A stretch of 64,000 nt of DNA from Gonapodya sp. JEL0774 (taxonomy: Eukaryota), in the NCBI GenBank assembly GCA_027604505.1, contig JADIIX010000065.1:1-64000 (forward strand), in the 5' to 3' direction. A program made the position numbers and the translations under genes. Positions 52,928-64,000 of the stretch are shown one piece after another. Under the pieces are notes generated by a model. That model was not told the DNA's origin and ran no database searches. It saw nothing but the letters and a program-made list of their open reading frames with translations. How positions within the stretch are numbered: position 1 is the first letter of the stretch; each line of letters starts with the position of its first letter.

Positions 52928-55900
52928 TGTTTCAACCGCTGAATGGGATGCCTCCCATCGCCACAAGCATGTGATTTTCGTTCTTGAAGTAAAGAAACAT
53001 CTGCATCGTTTCTTCTGGGTACTCATTTTTGTCCTTCTCTACCTTTTTACATTTGCCCATACCAAGCTCCACACAAACCATTCCTTTGGCAAAAACGGTG
53101 ACGTGCTCCATCTGCCAATACTGGCCACTGCAATAAATAGGAGCACATGACACGACGGAACTTGGTCCACCTCTATGTTGCTGAAGACTCTGCCATCATT
53201 GCTGCAGAACGTGAAACAAACTCGGATACTCGAAATCTCAACTGGCACCGGACTTTTAGGTGGGATATGTTGTCATGCATATGATCGTGGATTGAGCGCG
53301 ATAGACATGCATCGTTTGCCACAAGGTATCTTCAACTCAGACGACTTGAGAGGGCGCATGCTGGCACGTACTCGAGTGTGAGGCTTCGTTTCGGAATGAG
53401 CGACAAAAGGGACAACGTCGAACTTTTTCTCATCAACCGCATTTTCTAATGCCTTCAGGGTCCCCGATTCCAACGCTTATCGGCAGCAACTATCGCGTTC
53501 CTCTTCATATCGTTGATGGTTGTTCTCTGGATCAGAATCTTACACTCTCCGAGGTGAGTTGCATCCATCGTATTGGGTCCGTTCTTCATTCACACGCACC
53601 CATTGATCGCCATAGACTATCCTCTGGTCAAGTAGCAGCTCTTTCCTTGATTTCTCTTGTTGCAATTCCTTTGACTCTTATCGCTGTTAGAGTGAGCGAT
53701 CTCTTGTTTTAACCGATGACTTCGTAGGAGTGTGATTATTAGTTATCACTCGTTTTTCGTGTTGCCTTCATTTGGGTTCTCTTGACAGTACTTGTGTTGA
53801 TTTGGTGTGTTTTACATGCAGAAAATTCGCTTGTTGTTCATGAAGCGCGCTCATTACCTGCTTGATTTGCGCAGCATCGATGGGGCGGACTCAATGCAAT
53901 CGGGTGTTGAGGGGTTTTTGAACTTCTCAATCCCATCCACCTACAGGACTGGAATGATCGTGATGTGTGCAGTGTGGGGACTTCTTGAATCCTTGACGAT
54001 CGCACTGTGGGAACTTCGCTTGTGCCGGTTCTTACAACGCACGAATAACCACTCCAGTTTATGATCCAGCTACCTCTTTCACAGTGTCTACTATCCACCT
54101 ATAGCTAAAAAGAATGACCTCATATTTGGATACCCGCTGGAGAAGTGGTTCAGAGTCAAATCCCAGCGCGCGCCTCTGTGGTTGCGAGAGAACTCCCGCC
54201 CACCGACAAACTTAAACCAAGATAGCATCGGAACAAGAGAGTTTGACGTAGCGCAAGGAATATCAAATTCTCAAGTGACTGCGATCATGTGAGCTCCCCA
54301 GATTATGACCAAAAAGTGTGCCTGTTGATAGGGGTTCTGTGTACTGTCCCTGTTTAACCTCTGAATTGCTCAGGGATGCAGGAAAATCCATCGCTAAATT
54401 GATACATCCAGCAAAGTTAGACAGAAGAAGCACCACCTGCCCCTCTGACAACTATATTGGGCACGTCGAGCTTGGTCAAACAATGAATGGAAGCAGCGCC
54501 TCTTCGGGAGTGACCATCCAGTCCAACGAACTTGAAGTCTATGCTTTTGAGTATATTGATACAGATTATTTTCTTCGCTGGAGATCCGGGCAGTTTTGGT
54601 ATCGCGGTGCTTTAGATTCTGTAGGGCGACCGCATGGATATGGGAGATGGATAGGTGAGTCTTGCTTCTGGATCAACAACATCTCCAAGGTATAACGTGA
54701 GACTCCAAATAATACTGGAGATATGTCCAATCGTGGGGAAGTTTTAGAGGGAACGTGGGAACATGGAATCCCAGTGTTGTTTGTATCCCACGAGTTTGGA
54801 ACAGGGGATTGCTTCTCGGTAATCGCTACAGGATACTATTGCATGGATTCATCAGATACGGAACACTGTTACTTGCTTTGCACTCAGACCTGCAGATTGA
54901 TTTTTGCACGCAACGACGACACGAAACTAGATCACCTCTCAAAGGTACCTTGTAGAGAAACTGGTTTGGCTTACGGACTGGCAACAGTGGAGGCAAGCAT
55001 TGCAGGGTCTGAGTCATGCTCCATTAAGGTATCGGAGATTCTGGTGACCAACGTTCCCTTTATGTTCAGATCATTTCATAGCCAACTACCAAGAATAACC
55101 TATCCAATACCAGAGACCAATTCAGTCAATGATTCGGATATTTTAAACCAGTGCTTGGCCAGATTGCCTCACTGGTCGTCGGGTTGCATAAAAGCCTTCA
55201 TTTTCTGTCACGGTATTCGAAGTCATACAGCAGATGCGATCAAAGGTGATCGTCTGGAATGTTGAAGTTGCTGTCGCCAACCGTTACATTCTCCTGGGTG
55301 ATTGGGACGATAGGTCTCGGGCAATTCGTGAATCTCGCACAGTTACCAAACACCCACGCGCCCATTGTTTACTCGTGGCCATCTGGTGAGTCTGATTTGC
55401 ATATGGGTCGCGCTCGTGGGTCCGTTGAGTTAGGTCATATTTAACCATCGAAACAGGAATGCTCCCCACCTGGAGAAAGGCAGAAATCCTCGCAGAAACT
55501 GGGTCGAGGGATGACCTCGCACGAGTCATTCGAGACCTTCCATCTCATGGATTTCGGACTTTTCACCTCGTTGGGCACAGCATGCACACAACCTTGATAT
55601 GTAATCTCCCTTTTGAGGAGTTGTTCCAACCTCTACCGTCTTGCGACAGCTCAAACTCCGTCGGGCAACTGCCAACATTGGCCTCCCTGACGCTACTTAA
55701 TGGGGAGCAAGATCTGCAAGAGTTCATAGAGGATCGATTCCCTGTGATTCGAAATCACTGCTCCATTCTCACTGTTTTCGTGAATAAGACGGACCGGGCT
55801 CTTGGGATCGGTGAACGCGTGGAGGGTCGAGCTATGATTGGGCGTCATCCAAACGCATTTTATCACGAGGACCGCCACATGAACAAGAGATTCTTGGATA

Positions 55901-56169
55901 TCGACGTCATAGATGTGACAAACTTAGACGTTAATGTGGAGGGAATCAGGCATTATTCACTTTGGGTCAGGGTCACTCGAAGTTTCTTCTTCATCTTGTA
56001 TTTTCACGAGCGAACCGACCAGTCACTTAATCGACTTGTCGTTGATGACATTTTACAGACGGTCACGGAAAAGAAGAGGGCGTGCGAAAGGTTAAGGCTC
56101 ATTCGATTGACACCCAATGTCTATAGCTTCGTTCGTGCGCCGAAATTTGTTGTCAGTGCTTACAGTTGA
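52928..56169 (+). CDS. Multi-TM protein with MORN-like segment and C-terminal DUF900-type alpha/beta hydrolase; 5' exons uncertain
   Basis: Hydrophobic exons at 53000-54050, YRGALDSVGRPHGYGRW...GEVLEGTWEHGIP, AFIFCHGI, PIVYSWPSG, FHLVGHSMH, TDRAL, DIDVIDVT...RHYS, NVYSF. Confidence 0.7.
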
Positions 56170-56906
56170 TTGCTTGTGTCGAAGTTTTCAGTGTATGCAA
56201 GTATATGTGTCAATGTATCGAAGCATGTGCACTGAGTGTCGATGGAACAAAAGTATGCATGAGAATACCTTCACCTCAACTTCACTACGAAACGGCACAC
56301 TATATTGAGAAGGCCCGTGGTCGGGGAGTTGAAGTTCGAAGTTTTCGACTAAGTGCTGGGCCAAATCTGAGAGAGTGGGCCATCGTTTGATATCACGATG
56401 CTGGCAATCCTGTCAAACTATCACCCACAACAAGTACCTTGCAAGTTTGTAAATCCGGAGAAAGACCTCAAGTCGCTGCAACGGACAATAAATCCTGTTG
56501 AGAAGTCCGGTGCTTCCTGTGACCACGGCAATGCGAGAGGTTCTTCATGTGCCGGCCGCTGTGTATTTTATTCGAACTTTGGAACCCGAAACACTGGAGA
56601 GCTACAACTAGTCGCTTGTATTAATGACGAAATGAGGTCCACCTGCAAAGAACTAACTGTTGGTGGTGAACACATGATAAGAGAACTCTGCCAGTTCCCA
56701 CCCCACTTCTGAGCGGATACGGATCCACTTCTTCTTCCAGACACAAGAGGCTTTATCAAACGAAACAAACAGACTCCTGAATGGAATTCTACGCGCACCA
56801 TGTGGTTGCATCCCTTCTTGTCCCCGCCATACGTCGCCTCAGCTTTCCCTTACACAACAATGCCGTTTCGCGCCTAACCAGCCTCGTGGAGCTGCGCCAT
56901 TCCCCG

Positions 56907-58963
56907 ATGAGCTCCACCGGCAGTCCTGATCGTACGATAGCGGATGCGATTGCTGCGAAAATCGCTGTGCCGGCGGTGTGGGCGATGGTCGAGGAAAACA
57001 TTGAGGTTGGAAACTCGTCGGTGGAAGCCTCACTTGCTAGTGATGAAGGAGTATTCCAATATGGCGAAACTGACATTATTACTGAGCGACGCCGGAGAGG
57101 ACTGGAAGAGGAGCAACCGTGGAGCGAATTTGCCAACCAACTTATAAACGAAGTGAGTAATGTCCACGCAATCGCTTCGACAGCCATGAGATATGTTGTT
57201 TTCGAAAAGTTGCAAAGTTCTCTCACATCTTTCGCAGATCATCCCCGACGGTGCTGTCATTACGTCTGTTCGTCTCACGCACATTCATATCTATTTCACA
57301 GTGAACATGCGGCATTTCTTAGTCCAGCTATTCCAAACTTCCCCTGCTCCACCACCTCCTACCACTACCTCCTTTCTCTCAGTTATTCTCGTTGCCCTCC
57401 CAGACCCCGCAGAGCGGGCTCTTCAGCTCCATGATCTCCGGGCAGTCGTTCTCGCCGGTTTCGTCAAAGCCGTTTGTGAAAACGAGGGGAAGCAAGTTGT
57501 CGCCATGGAGTGGCATGTACAAGGACACAGAGAGGACGATGAGTTCGACATGGACGATGACAGCATTTCTTCGTTCTCGGATACACACCATATCTCAACC
57601 TCAAATGAACACGGAGAGTCGTCGAAGAACAATGCATCCATAGCAAAAGATTTGGAACCGTGGAGTGGAAATCGGAGACAGCATATCCACAAATATGCTG
57701 ACCTCTTGTCAACATGCTCACTGCTGAATCTGCCCATCTTACCATCCCCATCACCTCCACCGGAACCCGACGGCGTTCTCAGTTTTATCGCTTCCCAAGG
57801 ATCGCTCACAATCTCCATTGACCATTCAAACCCTTCTCGTACCGTGCACCTTTGCGACCCTACTGGAAATCCCACTTTACTGGCACGTGACCTCGCGAAA
57901 CTCACAGCAATTGATGAGGAGCTTGCCCGTCGTTCCAGAGAGATGGATAGAGCACTGCCTCGCGCGTCAGAAGTATTGCTAGTGGCTTCGGCTCGCCTGC
58001 AGTACCATTTTACGGTGCTGGAGAAGGCAAGAACCCAACTCCTTCAACTTCGGGATCCAAAGAAGACCCCACCACTGCGTCACGTTACATTCACCGAAGC
58101 GATTCTACCACCCGGGATTGATACCCCACAGTGTGTCTTGGACGCCTGTAGGGTCTCCCGTGAGGAAGCAGACGCAGAGGGGTCTGGGGGTTTTCTTCCG
58201 CTTAAACCCCTGTTAGACCTGGCGAGATCGAAAGCACTGGCGACGCTTCAAGAACGCTGGGGACATGAAAGGACTGCGGACTTGAACATAAGGAGAGAAA
58301 GTGAAGAGGGTATCTTGGGGGTTGACCGGGACAACCTCGTGACAGACGCCGAGGCGTTAGCTGTTGCCGTTGCTGCGCTGTCGGCGCAGGACTTGTCTGT
58401 GCGAAGAACTCGCGCCCACGCGTGGCGATGGTCCGGGTGCGGCGGTTTGATGGAAGACGAGGCACCCACTGGAGCGCTCAGAGATATGGAGAGAAACGGT
58501 GGAGTGTACCTGCAATACGCGCATGCAAGGATGACGAGGTAAAATTCCTAGAACGGCTCACTGATTTAAGTGTGAGTTGTTGGATTAGTTCTGACTCACC
58601 TTTTGCATTTGCAGCATAGTTCGCCAGTCGTCCTTGGATAGCCTACTCTCGCCCAGTGAGGACCCCCTTTTCGACCCTATTCATTTGCTTCCTCCACTTG
58701 TATCCACGTTTCCACCTCTTCTTCTAACACTCGCCCTCCTTCCCAACGTTCTGCAAAATCTGCCGAACTCCTTTGACCCTGCACCTCTCATGTCACACCT
58801 TATCCACCTTGCCAAGCTTGCGGCATCCGTTTCAGGTAGCTACAGAGTTAAGGGAATGAGGGAAGAGCTGAAGAGAACAAGAGGGTGGTTAATGGAATGG
58901 GCGAGGAGGGGTGTTCACGGGGGCATTCGGGTAATGGGTTGGATTGCAGTTGGGAGAATGTAG
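56907..58963 (+). CDS. Degenerate arginyl-tRNA-synthetase-like protein with DALR anticodon-binding domain (pseudo-enzyme, DALRD3-like)
   Basis: DALR domain GGVYLQYAHARMTSI...LLLTLALLPNVL...DPAPLMSHLIHLA...YRVKG...RGWL...GIRVMGWIAVGRM. The HIGH position reads ERALQLHDLRAVVLAGFV. Introns at ~57153-57237 and ~58539-58614. Confidence 0.8.
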
Positions 58964-59105
58964 AAAGGTTTTATTGCACCAACAACAGTATTTCTGCTTG
59001 GGAATGAAGAGGGAGCGCGTGACCTTTTTCTCGGACCAAAGGGACCAAAGTCGTGTGTCATGCTTGTCCCCAACAAGCGGAAGACTCGAAACCCGATTTC
59101 TAAGA

Positions 59106-61937
59106 ATGGATCCAATCAACGAAATGAACAGTGTTAGCGTCAACGGTCACCTTGGCCTGGATATCGGTCGATCGATGTCTTTGTCGGCTGCTTCTGGCCG
59201 TAATGGCATTCCCTCCTCCCAAGTTGAGCCAACCACCGGGTGGGAGGTCGTGTTGAGAAACAAACACCAGATTGTTCTCTTCTCGCCGTCTTCGAACCAA
59301 ATTCATGTCGAGAGAATGCAAAGATTTCCTCATATCCCGCTGCCTGGATCGCCCTCCAGACTGCATAATTTACTTTTGCCCGCACCTTTGGACGAATCAG
59401 TGGAGATGTCTTTCACTCATGAGCAGGTTAGTGGTACTGAAGTCACGCGTGCTGGTGATGCCCCTGTCCGCACCTCTCCGTTTGTTTGGAACTTCTGCAG
59501 ACTTACCCCAGACCGCTGCGTTTGCCTACATTAAAGTCACACCCGTATCGACGACCGAACTCCCGCTCCTCTGTTTCCTCCTCCACTTCAATGACGTCAT
59601 TGGAACCATCGCTTCGCCCCTCCGCCGGCCCCCTCCCGCCCCCTCAAGGGTACCCTTCTGCTCCTCCCATTCCCTTCGCTTCAAACGAGCTCTCCGTGAC
59701 TTCAGTGTCCCGGCTCTGCCCAACTTGCTACCAACCCCTTCCACCCGAAGAAACTCCCCTCACGACCGGTTCCTTCGACGAAGTAGCCAACGAACGCCGC
59801 CGCTCAAATTCTCCCAGAAATCATGTTAGGACACACTCCGGCGATGTCGCACAGACAGGGAGACCAACACGTCACCGCAGTGGCGGTGCAATAAGGGCGA
59901 GGGATTTGGGCGAGGCGGGTAACATCAGAGGACATGAAACGGATTCCAGTTTCGGTCCGGATGCGGTTTCCTTAGTAAGTGGACCCAGATATGTGCACCG
60001 ACACTACTTTAGACTTCTTGAGAGGGCAAGGTGAGCAGAACCGTGAGCGATGGTGCAGTTTTAACCCAGCTCAGGGATGTCGGGATTGTGAGCTGCTTGG
60101 GTCCCAATGACTCAGTTCCATGCAAGTGTATTGCCTTGAGAAATTGGCCAGGAGTTGGTCCGCCATGATGTAATTACGTCCGTTTCCATAACAGCACACC
60201 TTTGGGATCCGAAACATCCCCTGTCATCTTCTCCCCCTCGCCCTCCCCCGCACCATTTCACCAAGACACCGATTGGGAAGAACTCCCGGACGTCGATCCT
60301 AACACGACACAGCCGCCTGTCGCTCGCACTACGTACACTACCACCAGCCCACCCTCGTCACCCACTCCCCCTCCTCATTCTCCAAGCCCTGACCCAGGCC
60401 CTATTGTTCGCCACCATCACACATCCCTTCATCACCCACAACCCCAATCCGCATCTATGCCTTCACCCGCAGTCGGCTTGCCCTCACACCTGTTCAACAC
60501 TGGGTACTACCACCGCTTCTTCGTACCCCTGCGAAAGCTGGGTCGTGGTCATGGCGGCTCTGTGGACTTGTGTGACCACGTCCTGGATGGGGAGGTCTTG
60601 GGCAGGTACGCAGTGAAGATGTGCGCGGTTGGGGAGAGTCATAGATGGCTGGTTGGGGTATTGAGGGAGGTGAAGATGTTGGAACGGGTCAGGTAGGTGA
60701 TGGTAGTTCGAGGGGTTGGTACAATATACCAGGATTTACGTTGTTCTGATACGTTACTGTAGGCACCCGAATATTGTGGAGTACAAGCATGCCTGGCTTG
60801 AGCAGTATCAGCTCACTCCTTTCGGTGAGTCATCACTCCTTGTACTGTCACTATACGCACAACTTGGATATTGGAATCCACTCAATTCCGAATTTCATTC
60901 GATTTTTTTACCTCAAGGTCCTCCCATACCAGTCCTGTTCATTCTTATGGAGCTCGCAAACGCCGCCAGTCTTGAAGACTTCATTCTAATCGAACAGCCA
61001 CCGAGTTCGTCGTCCCCTCCTCGTCCGCGCCGCCCGTCCCGCCTGCTCCCATCCCCCGGACCCCCCGTAGATCCTCGCCCAGCCTTCTGGTACGGCGGCA
61101 TTGGAACAGATCCGAACACAGGACGCCGAGTGAGATATCTGTTGGAACCTCAGATTTGGCGTCTTTTTCTCGACTCGTGTGCCGGACTGGCACACCTGCA
61201 CGCGTGCGGGGTAATACACAGAGACGTCAAACCACCCAACCTTCTCCTACACTATGGTCCACGGGGAGGTCTGGAGGCCGCAGGTGGTGTAGGGTGGCCT
61301 GGTGATTCTAACCCTGCATTCAGTGCAGACCCCGACGACGTGCCCCGAGTCCTGTTGTCGGACTTCGGCGAGTGTGAAATTATCACGCCCACGCGTAACA
61401 ATGAAACTCGACGAGTGCATACAGGAGCAACTGGTACTCTGGAGTTTTCTGCACCTGAGTCTATTGTGCCTGGCGGCCAAGGAGGCGATGCGAAGAGTGA
61501 CATGTGGTCCCTGGGTGTAGTCTTGTACTTTATGTGCTACGGAGCCCTACCGTGGAGGGAGTATGAGGATGTCGATGCGCTGAGGAAGGAGGTCGAGGGA
61601 TACCATGAGTGAGAATGTCGTCCCGTGAACCGAACTAATGCCCTCTCTCATGATGTCTTGGTGCCCGTCCTCTGTGGGATTGTCCAGGATCACTAGTTTC
61701 CCCGATGATATCATCCCTCGTCCACCACACGTCCCCGAGTCTCTCCCTCCTCGTGTAACCAGCGAGCTCAAGCGACTGATTATGAGGCTCATGGCCCGCA
61801 ATCCTGCTCACAGACCCACTGCAAGGGAAGTGCTTGAAGAGTATGGGAACAAAGGAGATTGGGATGGGGGATACGGAAGTGGGCGAAGGAGGGCGAGCAG
61901 AATGGGGGACGACGGGTGGGGCTGGCCCGCCAGATGA
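59106..61937 (+). CDS. IKS1: Iks1-family Ser/Thr protein kinase
   Basis: WEVVLRN..QIVLF, CPTCYQPL, YFRLL, FNTGYYHRFF...LGRGHGGSV..CDHVLDG..LGRYAVK, HPNIVEYKHAWLE, HRDVKPPNLLL, VLLSDFGEC, TGATGTLEFSAPE, KSDMWSLG. Confidence 0.9.
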
Positions 61938-62092
61938 ATAAGGAATGAGCGTTCTTAAACTTCGGCTGAAATCGCGCCGATGCATTGGTGCGAACATTTG
62001 CATTTGTGGCATGGTATTTTTTACATTCACTGCCGTTTCAACCACTAATCACTTAAATAAAGCAAAGTCCTCCTCTTGCTCATGACTTGAAC

Positions 62093-63288
62093 TCATCGGT
62101 TCATGGCCCAAATTCTACCAAGTGTCCACATCCCTCCCTCCACTACCCGCACGCTCTCCACCACCTCCCTTTGCCCAGTATCCAGGGCCTGGGACGCCGC
62201 ACCACGGAGCCATCTCGCGCTGGGACGAGGAGCCATGATTGGAACCGTGAGGTCGATTTCCGCGACGATGTGAAAGTCCTTCGCCCCCACCGCCCCATGC
62301 TGGCGTTCCTTTCGTGAGCGTGTGGGTTCCCATACACTATCTGATGCGGATTGGCCCTGCAGCGACAGCCATCCTCCCCTCCCAACTTCCCCGACGAGTA
62401 CATCCCAATATCCTGATTGTACATGATCGTGAAGGAACCTCACGAGCCGGCGCGACCAGTCCTCGTCGGAGTAGAACATGTCCCCGACAACAATCAGACC
62501 AGGTCGGTATGCAGGCGCAACGGTCAGTGCAGCCGATTCAAGAACGTCGGGTGTCAAATACATGTCGGTAAGAATGCTCAAGCCAGAATCTCGACCGTTT
62601 TGGCGTCGAAGTTCATGCAGGTTTACCAAATCACCGTTCGCGAGTGTCAAACGGCCGGAATCGGCCAGATCAGAGGAAGTCAAGCGAGTAGGGCGCAGAG
62701 TGGCATCAATGTTTACGGTGGTAGCCGCAAGGGAGAGAAGGGAGATATCATTCCCAACGACGAGTTGGGCTCCGCGTAGGAGTGCGGCGATAGAAGCTGA
62801 GCCGCAACCGCAGCCGAGATCAACCACAACGCGGCCATGACAAAGAAAGCGGTCGAATGCTGGCGCTGGATGCAGAAGAAAGCGAGTAAGGACCTGGCCA
62901 CCTGTTGTGAGTTGATTGAGGGTTCACAAGCACATTCAAGTCTCGTGGAGATCTCACCTGCCCAGTAGAATGCCCAGAAGGCATCTATTTCTCCTATTTC
63001 CCTCTCCGCGTCTTGTTCTGTCCATCCGAACATCGGGCTGGGAGGTATTCCCAAGTGCAGCGTCAATTCCGGTGTGATGTGTGACCGCTTGCTGGGATAG
63101 GCGTGCTTTACGACGAGTTTCGCCAAGCTTGCAAGACTAGACGGGTGGGGGTGGTTGATCGAAGACGAATCGGAACTCGTGATGGACCGATGCAATCGAG
63201 TCTTTAAGGTGCCGATAACAGCGAGCGTGGGTCTTCGATAGCGATGTAAGGAATAAAATAAGTGAAAGCCAGAGCAATGCATTGACAT
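62093..63288 (-). CDS. METTL20/ETFBKMT-like lysine methyltransferase (class I SAM-dependent)
   Basis: ITPELTLHL, DAFWAFYWAG|GQVLTRFLL, VVDLGCGCGSASIAA, VVGNDI, LIVVGDMFY. Arg-rich N-terminus suggests mitochondrial targeting. One intron at ~62903-62958. Confidence 0.82.
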
Positions 63289-63746
63289 CCTCTGAGACGA
63301 TGGTTGTTGGCTGTGAGTGCTATGTATGAAGCCACAGCAATATCAGTTTGACAGAGTACCGGGACCTGCTGTTTTCCAGTCAACGAGACAGCATACCCGT
63401 TTCAAAGTTGCTTATTGGTTTCTAGAGACAGGCTGTAGCTTCTCCTAGTCTACCTGTCCTTAATAAATAAGCAATGACGATCAACTAAACGACTGACCCC
63501 CTGGCGACATTCCATTCACTTGTCTTCTCCTAAAATCACAACCGGAGAGTGACTTGCTCTTTTCTAACCGGCTGCATACAGTGTGCCTGGCTACTGGGTT
63601 GTCGGACTCAGAGTCTCCTGTTGACCATCATGAAGGTCTTGAACCCTGCCCGTGCGTCATTGAAGGAGTACATAATTCGCGGCGTAGCCGTTGATTCAAA
63701 ACCAGGATGTACACCAACTAACTTTTCGCGATTAACATGCCAAAAT

Positions 63747-64000
63747 CTAAAGTCGTGCCTTTCCTCCATCTATTGTGGATTTATCTGCATCGGTGAACGG
63801 GACATAGATATCCTTGTTCGGGGGCATCCAGAACGTTGAGGGTTTGTATCCTTCTTTTTGATATTCCACCTTCCGGTGTTTCATTGATGCTGTGAGCTCC
63901 ACCGCTGGAGCCAAGCGAATGAAAATGGGTACCGCATCTGAGGAACAAGTAATTAAGAATGAAGCTAAGCACACACAGTCCTCAAAGACGCCTTACATCG
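63747..64000 (-). CDS. 3' end of a second FATP/very-long-chain acyl-CoA synthetase (continues beyond window)
   Basis: AVPIFIRLAPAVELTASMKHRKVEYQKEG...YVPFT...IDGGKARL*, clearly paralogous to the C-terminus of 21163-24480. Confidence 0.8.

Noticed and set aside
56311..56362. Possible hairpin containing GTTCGA
   Set aside because: Does not fold as a tRNA cloverleaf and has no recognisable ncRNA motif.
56907..63288. Functional pairing of the pseudo-ArgRS with the nearby methyltransferase
   Set aside because: The enzyme is METTL20-like (protein lysine), not METTL2/Trm140, and gene adjacency is weak evidence in eukaryotes.

Overview
Gene-dense, intron-rich eukaryotic (fungal) genomic DNA with short GT-AG introns. 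A ciliary central-pair gene (MYCBPAP) alongside fungal-type genes (Tco89, Iks1, Srk1/Rck2, Aim19) points to a zoosporic early-diverging fungus. The Trp-rich ankyrin modules recall Gonapodya/Monoblepharidomycetes (inference, not searched). About 20 protein-coding loci were assembled by hand from spliced exons: MDR enoyl-reductase, helical+TPR protein, SPX-EXS (Syg1/XPR1), LRR protein, GT49, ankyrin protein, ECH1-like isomerase, two FATP acyl-CoA synthetases, cyclin, GT25, Srk1-like kinase, F-box protein, MYCBPAP, Aim19, MYND protein, Tco89-domain protein, cytochrome b5-ACAD fusion, TM/MORN-like/DUF900 hydrolase, degenerate ArgRS-like protein, Iks1 kinase and METTL20-like methyltransferase. No tRNA, rRNA, CRISPR or intact mobile element was recognised. 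Most notable are a pseudo-arginyl-tRNA synthetase with a destroyed HIGH motif but intact DALR domain (DALRD3-like logic), four lipid-metabolism genes ending in PTS1-like signals, and a membrane alpha/beta hydrolase with an atypical GHSMH elbow. All family calls are by motif recognition only, and exon boundaries and starts are approximate.
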